From Trypanosoma brucei (Eukaryota), in contig CH464491.1 in assembly GCA_000002445.1 (NCBI GenBank), positions 4,288,001 through 4,352,000 on the forward strand: a stretch of 64,000 bases of DNA, written 5' to 3'. Below are positions 56,274 to 64,000 of this stretch, one piece after another. A model generated the notes under the pieces. It did no database searches and was not told the origin of the DNA. It saw only the letters and a list, made by a program, of their open reading frames with translations. The position numbers and the translations under genes are program-made. Within the stretch, counting starts at the first letter, position 1, and the number at the start of each line of letters is the position of its first letter.

Positions 56274-58049
56274 TCACAGCACCACGTACAAAAACCTCTC
56301 GTAAGGAATGATTGGCTCACCGAACGCAAACTGGGCGGCTGAGGCGAAAGAGTCCAAGCTCAACTCAATGGCACCTTGTTCCTCCCGAACACGACCCATG
56401 CCTTCATGGGCAGCAGTGAGCCGTGGGCTGCAGTCGATCGCCAACTGAAAGTAATGCGCCGCACTGACCAAATGAGTTTCACGGGTACTTGACACATTCC
56501 CCGGCCCCAGTGCCACTAGCAAATCAAGGCGGCCAAGAAGCAAATATGCCTCAGCACAGTGGCTACCCACTTGCAGAGCTTTTCCAAGCATTGTCTGTAA
56601 GGATAGTACCTCATCATGGCTCAGAAGCTTCCGCTGCTCACGCATGTATCGGTCATCCTTAACCCCCCGAAGCTGAGCGGCAGCTCCCCAATTTTGCGCA
56701 AAGCGACGTTGCCTCAAGAAGTAGTCGAAAGATCCTTCAATCAAATCAATCTTGACACGCGCTGCGGAGCATAACAAGTCACAATAGGCTTGTTTCTGCT
56801 CACCCTGTACACCACTTATGTACTCTAGTCCTGCATCTGCGGCGAGCTGAGCGATGGAACCGCAGCCAACCAGCAGCGCGACATGCGCTAATAAGGCCCA
56901 GTGGCCAGCAATCAATCTTTTGTGTTTCCCACCACTACTCCACACGTCGTCGAGAGAGAAAAGTTTCATGGCAGAATCGTCAACGGGGAAGACGGCGTGG
57001 CCGGACGTGCTGGACACCTCCTGAGGTGCTTCCTTCGAGGCAGCCTCCACACGTCCCACTAACACTGCAAGAAGGTTCTCAACACACTTCTGCTTACGAT
57101 GATCAGCATCGTCCACCATATTTTGTAATGCAGTGAAGACGACCCCACACAAAACATTAAGGGGATACATCTGGCCAGCGTGACCCGCCACCTTCGAAGC
57201 CTCTTCATGCTCTCCAGAAGCAGAGTGTAACAAGGCCAACAACACGAGGACTTCAGCTTCAGCTTGACATCGCTTGAGAAGGAACTTTACTATCTCCATT
57301 GCCCTCCGTTCCTCACCGACGAGAGCACTCAGCCATGCCTGTTTGGCAAGCAATATAGCGTCCATAGGGTTTGACATGTTCCTTGCCATTACGAGCCCGG
57401 AGGAATATTCGAGAAGCTTTCGCACCCTTCCCTCCAATGTGCTGCGGCCACCACTCTCCTTAACCTCACGCCCCAGGCAATAGCAGGCCGTACACAACTG
57501 CAAAATCGTTAGCGGACAGCAATGCGCCGACACTGCCCTCTCCGCCAACCGTACGGCTTCCCGGAGTGACACTTCCGTTCCACCCTGCACCCCAAGACGC
57601 GAGCCTAACAAAAGAAACCGTGCTGCGAGCCACCGCCGCGAGCCAACAACTGTGGGGAAGGTGGTGGACGGCGCTAAACCCCCTTCACATTCAGCGTTGA
57701 TCCCTGCGACACAATAACTGTCGTCATCATCCTGCTGCGTTTGGTCCGTGGTGGAATGTTGTGAATGGTGGGCAGTTGGCATTGGTGGCGAAGAATCGCT
57801 CCCTTCTTCTTCGTCATCGACCAAAGCGCGAGACGTATCCTCCATCATACTCATCAGCCGCTCCAACGGCACATTGTTGCGCTGCAAACACGACATGGCC
57901 ACATCCACCCACTGTTGTGCTGACACAGGTGGGGAAAACGTGGGGTCTCTTCTGACTCTCAATGCGGGTTGAGTGGCGGATGCATTGTCACACACAGCAA
58001 ACGCCGCAACCGCCGAAAGCTGTTCCGGATGATCACCCGGGTTGAGCAT
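56274..58049 (-). CDS. TPR-like helical-repeat protein, about 591 aa from the Met at 58049 (the ORF extends to 58280)
   Basis: C-terminal TPR-like pairs (AEAYLLLGRLDLLVALG ... AAHYFQLAIDCSPRLTAAHEGMGRVREEQGAIELSLDSFASAAQFAF). The upstream in-frame extension spans an 11-nt C homopolymer typical of intergenic DNA, so the start at MLNPGDHPEQ is preferred. Confidence 0.5.
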   Translation of the reverse strand: MLNPGDHPEQLSAVAAFAVCDNASATQPALRVRRDPTFSPPVSAQQWVDVAMSCLQRNNVPLERLMSMMEDTSRALVDDEEEGSDSSPPMPTAHHSQHSTTDQTQQDDDDSYCVAGINAECEGGLAPSTTFPTVVGSRRWLAARFLLLGSRLGVQGGTEVSLREAVRLAERAVSAHCCPLTILQLCTACYCLGREVKESGGRSTLEGRVRKLLEYSSGLVMARNMSNPMDAILLAKQAWLSALVGEERRAMEIVKFLLKRCQAEAEVLVLLALLHSASGEHEEASKVAGHAGQMYPLNVLCGVVFTALQNMVDDADHRKQKCVENLLAVLVGRVEAASKEAPQEVSSTSGHAVFPVDDSAMKLFSLDDVWSSGGKHKRLIAGHWALLAHVALLVGCGSIAQLAADAGLEYISGVQGEQKQAYCDLLCSAARVKIDLIEGSFDYFLRQRRFAQNWGAAAQLRGVKDDRYMREQRKLLSHDEVLSLQTMLGKALQVGSHCAEAYLLLGRLDLLVALGPGNVSSTRETHLVSAAHYFQLAIDCSPRLTAAHEGMGRVREEQGAIELSLDSFASAAQFAFGEPIIPYERFLYVVL

Positions 58050-58412
58050 AATATTCCGATAATCAAACACTAAGTGCGCCAGTGAGGCCCCCCCCCCCGA
58101 CTTTCTTGACAACGAAAAACAAGGGACGAAACACAAAGATGGCAGGAGTAACGACGAAATTTGGCAGCGCACAGCATCGCCCAAAAAGTTACCGCGATCA
58201 CATGTACGAATTCGGGCGGCTACGTGTGCATACTCAGGCCTTGCCACCTGTGCACAGAGAGCCGCAAATCGTGCTAGCACCTCTGGGTCCGTCCCTTGAT
58301 ATTACGTGCACATTCTCCCCCAAAAGGAAGAAAACACGGCTTTTACAATAATTTACCGACAGCATAGTCTTCTTCCCACCGCTTCAGTTGGGATGCAATA
58401 ACAAATAGAAGA

Positions 58413-59828
58413 CTACACCCACCTCCTCCCATTTTCGGATAGATCGTAATCCTCGGGCAACATTTCGTCCGCTCGGCGAACCACCATTCCATGCCTCAGT
58501 GAAACGATGTTGAGACGCGCGTCAAGAACACCGCTCACCAGGGTGTGACCCTTCAATGTGGCGCCATTGAGACCCTCCGATGCCGCTATCGCTTCCTCAA
58601 CAGACGACATGCCAAGTAGTGCCGCACCAGTGAAAGATCCACTTCGGTCATCAATTGAAATGCGCACATCTACAACAGTGCCATACTCTGAAAAGCAAGC
58701 TCGCAGCTGATCGACCGTCAACCAATACGGCAGTCCATCTACTACCACATCAGGGATAAAAGACTGATGATGAGAGAATCCTCCATCCCCACCCTCGGCG
58801 GCATCTGCGCCCTTAGACGGGTCCTCGACAACCTCCACGCCCACCTCCTCCAATACACGATCCACATCTGCACGCGTGTACACATTATACTCCGGCTCAT
58901 GTAATGCAATGAAGGTAAGCTCTCTATAGTAGGCATAACAAACAGCCTGAAGGGCGTTATTCATTGAATCAACAGTCACAATAAAGTCCTGAACGTGGCT
59001 CACACCGCCGGATCGTCTATCATCCCCAACCTGCTGTTCACGCACCAACACACATGAAACTTGACCGTAGCGCCCAAAGTACGTGTTCATTGTTTCCTCA
59101 TTTAACTGGTATTCAGAAGTCATACGAACGTACAACTGGGTTAAAGCCGCAGGTGTAGTCACCACTGGTGGCCGCACGAGAAAAAGCCGGTCCAACTCCT
59201 CTGACCTCTCTGCCTGGCCCCCGGAAGTCGTCGCCGCAGAGGTCAACGACGGCTCTATCCTCGAGTCGGCTTGTGTGTGCATATCCTTCCCAGCACTGTC
59301 GACCATTCCCACAGAGTCAACCGCCTTCACCACACCACTTTCTGATGCGTCTTCACTTGTACGCACCCTAGTTTCTAACTCATTTTCCTCGCGCTCCCGC
59401 TTACGACCGCTAATTGGCTTCGTTTCTTCGCTGCTAGCCGCGTCAGGGGCACCGCTGCCACGGCCACTATCATTGATGTTATCATTAACTGGCAGATCCC
59501 GTAGGATCCCCACACTGCTGACGGGTGGCGCCACGACCAACTCGGGGAAGGATAGGAACGAAAAAATGTTAGAGCAGATGCTTCCCGCCACAGGGGAACC
59601 AAACCGGCGACTGAGGCAGAGCAAAATAAGTTTCGCGTGCTGTTTGGTGGCTGGACTCACTGATGAAAAGAAGAGTGGCACAAGAAAACAATTTTCCGCA
59701 TACACACGGTGTAGGTGCGGCACCAAATGCAGTAAACGAGCCAAATGATAAGTTTGCAGGTCCCGAGTCCCCGCTGATGTGCTCATCCCTACTGTCCCCC
59801 CCCCCACAAGTTTTTCCCTTGTTTTCAA
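58413..59828 (-). CDS. Putative RNA-binding protein with two degenerate RRM-like domains, 471 aa
   Basis: VVDGLPYWLTVDQLRACFSEYGTVVDVRISIDDRSGSFTGAALLGMSSVEEAIAA and LFLVRPP...LTQLYVRMTSEYQ...YFGRYGQVSCVLVRE follow the RRM beta-alpha-beta layout with RNP-like cores. The middle of the protein is an acidic S-rich linker. Confidence 0.5.
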   Translation of the reverse strand: MKTREKLVGGGTVGMSTSAGTRDLQTYHLARLLHLVPHLHRVYAENCFLVPLFFSSVSPATKQHAKLILLCLSRRFGSPVAGSICSNIFSFLSFPELVVAPPVSSVGILRDLPVNDNINDSGRGSGAPDAASSEETKPISGRKREREENELETRVRTSEDASESGVVKAVDSVGMVDSAGKDMHTQADSRIEPSLTSAATTSGGQAERSEELDRLFLVRPPVVTTPAALTQLYVRMTSEYQLNEETMNTYFGRYGQVSCVLVREQQVGDDRRSGGVSHVQDFIVTVDSMNNALQAVCYAYYRELTFIALHEPEYNVYTRADVDRVLEEVGVEVVEDPSKGADAAEGGDGGFSHHQSFIPDVVVDGLPYWLTVDQLRACFSEYGTVVDVRISIDDRSGSFTGAALLGMSSVEEAIAASEGLNGATLKGHTLVSGVLDARLNIVSLRHGMVVRRADEMLPEDYDLSENGRRWV

Positions 59829-60201
59829 AGGAACGTCTCCTCCGCCTGGTCACGTTCCACTGCCTTTCTCTTTTCTTTTTTTTTTTGATTGGGCTGGAGC
59901 AACCACAGTCCCCTTTGCGGTATTTGTACCCCAACCGCAACGAAATTGCCCTTGCACAGGTGTTTAGAGTCACAACAATTGAGAGGTGAGAGAAGGTCGA
60001 TGTTCAATATGAATCCTTTGAAATCGCACAGACATAACACATATGAAAAAAAAACATGACTCGAAACACTTGAAGAATAAACGGCCTAGAGTTGAGAGCC
60101 ACAAAGAAAGTGATACTCCGAACAACACACTGCGCCCTGCCAGCACAGATACCTCATTCACTTCTAGCTCTCCAGTAGCACCGCCCCCGTTTCCTCCTCT
60201 A

Positions 60202-61086
60202 TTATCCTTCCTTTAGGGGATGTGGGTCCGTCACACTATTCTTTGAGCCGTTAATTTTTGCCGCAGCGACAGACGGCTTAAGGATTGCTGCACGTAGCGC
60301 AGCACTTCGCAAAGCGAACTCGTTTACCGCACCCGTAAGGAGTAACGAAGAGATTGAATAACTCCCACTCTGTACAAATGTTATAATTCCATTTTCATCA
60401 CTAAGCACTACCGTAAGCAGCCCATCCACAACACTTTCTTCCGCTGCATTTGTATCCATTAGGAACCGCACCCCCGACGCACCTAACTTATACACACCAA
60501 TTGTCACTGCTACTGGAATGGTGTGAAACCGCAAGCGTCGACTCTCTACCTCATCACCATTAGGGAGGCGTGAGCGCGGAAGCAGCATATTGTGAATGGC
60601 GGCGACGACAGCGTGCAGTGCTGCTGCCCGAAGGCCGCCATCAGCGTTAAGGATGACCAACTCTACCTGCAGCACCCAGCAGGCTTCGCCATTAATAATG
60701 TTCAACTCTGTGAGATCCATGCAGGAGATGATGGTGGAGCGTACAAACCGGGCCACTTCACGCAAAGCGGCGGCGACTTGGTCCGTGCTGTGACTCTGAA
60801 AGAATGGGGCGGCCACATCAACAGTAAGGCGGCCCTCATCCGGCTGATCAGATGGAGGTGGTCCAAAAACGCCGCTGACAGTACAGTTCAGGCACATACC
60901 GGTGTTGTCAGTATAAAGCGTAGAGGCAAGGAGGCCATCACCACCTTTTGAGTCGCGGAGAATATGTGGCTCACGAAGGGCATCCAACGGCCGACCATCC
61001 AATCGCTTATTTTGCACAAGGAACTGGTGGACGTGTTGTTGAAACGAGGCAAGTTCCACAGCACCGGTGGCGGGTGGAAGTGACAT
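60202..61086 (-). CDS. Exosome complex RNase PH-like subunit (RRP42/RRP43/RRP45 group), 294 aa
   Basis: The N-terminal RLDGRPLDALREPHI is the R.DGR...E.R signature. Later elements are GDGLLASTLYTDNTGMCLNCTVSGVFGPP and ACWVLQVELVILNADGGLRAAALHAVVAAI. Confidence 0.75.
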   Translation of the reverse strand: MSLPPATGAVELASFQQHVHQFLVQNKRLDGRPLDALREPHILRDSKGGDGLLASTLYTDNTGMCLNCTVSGVFGPPPSDQPDEGRLTVDVAAPFFQSHSTDQVAAALREVARFVRSTIISCMDLTELNIINGEACWVLQVELVILNADGGLRAAALHAVVAAIHNMLLPRSRLPNGDEVESRRLRFHTIPVAVTIGVYKLGASGVRFLMDTNAAEESVVDGLLTVVLSDENGIITFVQSGSYSISSLLLTGAVNEFALRSAALRAAILKPSVAAAKINGSKNSVTDPHPLKEG

Positions 61087-61696
61087 GTAACACGACTAGT
61101 GCCTCGAGGTTGCAACAGGTGGGGATTGGGGTAGAAGAAAATACTTTCCCGTCCAGAAGGGGGAAAAAAAACAAATGCAAAGAGATATTTAAAAGGAAAA
61201 GGAAAAAAAAGAAAAAAAGAAGGGTGAAATATGGTGAAACAACAGAGAGCAATAACAGCACAAAGACGAAACATAAATCCGCCGGAGAAGCAGCGCACAA
61301 TGGTCTTATGTTTACAATTATATCTGAACATCTGAGGAAATGTCTAGCGCTACCCACGGGCCGAAAAAAAAAAAATCTCACCACCCTTTCGGCAACGATT
61401 GTGCGGCCCGGTGCGGTGGTGTCGCATCCACGATATGCCCATTCAACGTGTGCAGAAAGAGAGATATTGTAATATATAGATAGATAAATGTGTTAATGAA
61501 GGAGCAAGAGAGAGAGAGAGGGGCAAGTAGAAGGAAATATTTTCTATGCAATCCTGTTACCATTTAGGCGCGGTGTAACACAGAAATACATACACACACG
61601 TGCAACCCTGCATAAATTCTCTTTGCTCCGTTCGTTAACAAGGCAAAACATAAAATCAAATACGTTTAGTATAAACACTTGGGAGCATGGACGCCG

Positions 61697-63547
61697 TTAC
61701 GCATCCACTACGAGCTTCGTTCCGCACCCCGAACAAAACCGCTGGGACTCGAACGGTAGCTTCAAGCCACATTCAAAACAGTAACGGATCCTAGGGGCAC
61801 CCTCGGTGGATCCAACATCATGAGTTCCTTCAGCAGTAGTAGGGTGTGTTAAACTTGATACGGATAGTCTTTTATCTGTGGGGAGCCGCGCTGATGTCGC
61901 GCTCGGTGCCAGCGGTGTCTCCAATGAGGACCTTCCAGCTGCATCTAAAGCTGGTTCGGATTTGCGCGGGGGGTTTGAGGGTGCCATCACGGCTTGTTCG
62001 TGAAGTACTGGTTTAGCGGCAACGCCACGCGCCGTCAGAGGTTTTACTTCCTTTTTGACCACCTTCCCCGCAGCATTTGGTGTCGCGGAAGGTCTTGCGC
62101 TCTTCGGTGGAGCTTTGTGACGTTCAAGACACACACTTTCGTGCTTCTGAAGTCGATCTGCATTGAAAGTACGGTTGCAGAATCGGCATCGTGGCAACTC
62201 CTCCTTCTTGGCACCCAGATTTAGCCGAGACTGAACATTCTTGAAGTGGGAAACATTATTTAATTGTATTTTCTTCGCTGGTGCCGCTGGTGAAACTTCG
62301 TCATCACCACCCCTTGAGTCCACCGAAACCGACGTATTACCAGCGACTTCACTGCTTGCAGGGACTTCACTCCGTCGGAGACTTACAGAAGTTCTGTCAT
62401 TCTTTGATACCGTCGACCCCAAGCTACTCTTCAGAGAGTACCGCGCCCTACTTGTTTCGTCACGTGGAGGTGAACGAGCTCTTGGGGTTACAGCACCCAC
62501 ATCATCACATATCTTCAATCTTTCTATATCTTGATCGAGGTAATCGACTAGACTTCCAACTTGGGGACTAGAATGGGAAGCCTTCATCTCAACTCGATGA
62601 CGGGCAACACTGACAGCCTCCAAGCCACTCTTTTCCTCTGTGGATGGCTGTTGCTCCTCCCCATTCGGTGCATTGTCAGGGTCACCAGATGGACGCGGTG
62701 TTTGACTGAGTGTTGTGGGGTCCAACAATCCGGGCTCACCTTCCTTTACCTCGTCACCCACATCTGCAACGGCATCGATTTCTTCTTCCTTGTCTTGCGG
62801 GAACGCTTTCGGGATCAGCTTTTCTTTCCGTCTTGCAGTTGCTGGCTCGGCAGCAAGGCGGCGAGTCTTGTTTGGTGTAGCCGACTTTGCAACTGCTCGG
62901 CCAACAGGTCTCGACGCACTCGCGCTCCCCGGCTTGCAGCTGCGCTGATGGACCTCCAAGCGGTCAGGCAGGAACGTGCGGCCACATGTTTCGCATTTCA
63001 GTAGCATATTCTTGTTGAAATGTTCAATCTGCAGCTCATTGAATCGATCTAGCTCACGGCCTGCGAGTTTCGTACCTTTGTCAGCTCCCTTACCGATGGA
63101 TTGCTCCACAGCAGGCATAGCCTTTAGGTTTTCTTCATGGCTTTTCGGACTCATGGGCCGAGGCCCACGCTTCAAAGGATCCATGCGCTCCCATTCAATG
63201 AGTTTCTTCACGTAACACTGTGGTTGATGGATGGGAAGGCTCACACGGCTAAACTGTTGCCCACACAAGTAACAGAAGAGAAACTGTGGACGAGAGCCGG
63301 GCCCAGCCTTGCGCGCCGCTGCAACCTTACGTGGCGTTTTGTTGCTATGAATCTCGTCTTCAAGTAAGCTGTACAAACCTCGTGTCACAATTGGTGTGGC
63401 TCTCGCTCCGGCGCTGTCCCGCCCGGCGTGACTGTTAGCCTCCGTAGCAGTTTGAGGAGCCTGCGTTCTCCTTACTGAAGACGTGTGCAACCTTACCCGT
63501 GCCTTTGTGGAATTGTCATCACATGGGTCGCGGTGCTGAGAGCTCAT
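61697..63547 (-). CDS. Zinc-finger C2HC-type protein (ZC2HC1/FAM164-like) with three C2HC fingers plus a C-terminal C-x2-CG double ribbon
   Basis: CYLCGQQFSRVSLPIHQPQC, CETCGRTFLPDRLEVHQRSC and CRFCNRTFNADRLQKHESVC match the C-x2-C-x12-H-x4-C C2HC pattern. The C-terminus is YCFECGLKLPFESQRFCSGCGTKL. The ORF extends to 63607. The preferred start is MSSQHRD at 63545-63547. Confidence 0.7.
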   Translation of the reverse strand: MSSQHRDPCDDNSTKARVRLHTSSVRRTQAPQTATEANSHAGRDSAGARATPIVTRGLYSLLEDEIHSNKTPRKVAAARKAGPGSRPQFLFCYLCGQQFSRVSLPIHQPQCYVKKLIEWERMDPLKRGPRPMSPKSHEENLKAMPAVEQSIGKGADKGTKLAGRELDRFNELQIEHFNKNMLLKCETCGRTFLPDRLEVHQRSCKPGSASASRPVGRAVAKSATPNKTRRLAAEPATARRKEKLIPKAFPQDKEEEIDAVADVGDEVKEGEPGLLDPTTLSQTPRPSGDPDNAPNGEEQQPSTEEKSGLEAVSVARHRVEMKASHSSPQVGSLVDYLDQDIERLKICDDVGAVTPRARSPPRDETSRARYSLKSSLGSTVSKNDRTSVSLRRSEVPASSEVAGNTSVSVDSRGGDDEVSPAAPAKKIQLNNVSHFKNVQSRLNLGAKKEELPRCRFCNRTFNADRLQKHESVCLERHKAPPKSARPSATPNAAGKVVKKEVKPLTARGVAAKPVLHEQAVMAPSNPPRKSEPALDAAGRSSLETPLAPSATSARLPTDKRLSVSSLTHPTTAEGTHDVGSTEGAPRIRYCFECGLKLPFESQRFCSGCGTKLVVDA

Positions 63548-64000
63548 TCGTAGCACCGCTATACTAACTTTGCTATTAAACGTAAAACAAAAAAAGATAA
63601 TGAACAAAAATAATGATCACTGTGTTAGCAGGTTAGAAAAAAGAGAAAGTGGATGTTGAAATAAAATACCCCCATATCCTTTAACTCTCTCTTCCTTCTC
63701 CGCATACTATCCACAATAATGCTCATAAGCGGATTTATTCAGCTCCGCACGTACGGGGAAGGAGGTGGAACGATTACGTACACCTCCCCGCACTCTTACA
63801 AAATCTTTCCCCTCTTTATTACCGCAGGTTCATTATCTGAAACGGCAACCCTTCCGTCAGCACCCACAACACTTCCCCCCCCCCCCGCCTCGCCTCGCCA
63901 TTCCTCCTCCTCCTTTCCCTTCATAAGCACATACAAGCAGATATGCATTTGCACATATATAAATAATTAAGTACTTCATCACATAGGGATGAGAAGGAAT

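Noticed and set aside
1-64000. CRISPR array, prokaryotic defence island or mobile element (IS, ingi/RIME, SIDER)
   Set aside because: The locus is eukaryotic. There are no repeat-spacer arrays, no transposase or reverse transcriptase ORFs, and no target-site duplications or terminal inverted repeats around any gene.

Overview
This window reads as a kinetoplastid (Trypanosoma-like) nuclear chromosome segment, not a prokaryotic locus. Every convincing ORF, about 24 genes, lies on the minus strand with no introns and no strand switch. That is the signature of a single directional polycistronic transcription unit. Coding regions are about 50-58% GC. Intergenic regions are AT-rich and low-complexity, with (TA)n, (CA)n, (GA)n and (TTCC)n microsatellites and G or C homopolymers of 9-13 nt. 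Products recognised from the translations: CKS1, TYW3, 3-hydroxyisobutyryl-CoA hydrolase, a TMEM18-like membrane protein, a roadblock/LC7 dynein light chain, a UDP-galactose/CMP-sialic-acid-type nucleotide-sugar transporter, a DEAD-box-like helicase (DEVD variant), an RNase-PH exosome subunit, a NOL1/NOP2/Sun-like protein with the catalytic Cys replaced, a two-finger CCCH protein, a triple C2HC zinc-finger protein, an HMG-box basic protein with a mitochondrial-type presequence, and a protein with four cold-shock-domain-like repeats. The most unusual structure is a roughly 13.6 kb gene-free, extremely low-complexity tract (about 34.5-48.2 kb) inside this co-directional array. It is built of alternating A-rich and T-rich strand-skewed blocks, (AAT)n/(ATT)n inverted microsatellites, (TA)n runs, and a few higher-complexity islands. 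I found no tRNA, rRNA, spliced-leader gene, retroelement, CRISPR array or bacterial-style defence or biosynthetic system. Product calls rest on motif recognition by eye and should be confirmed by database searches.
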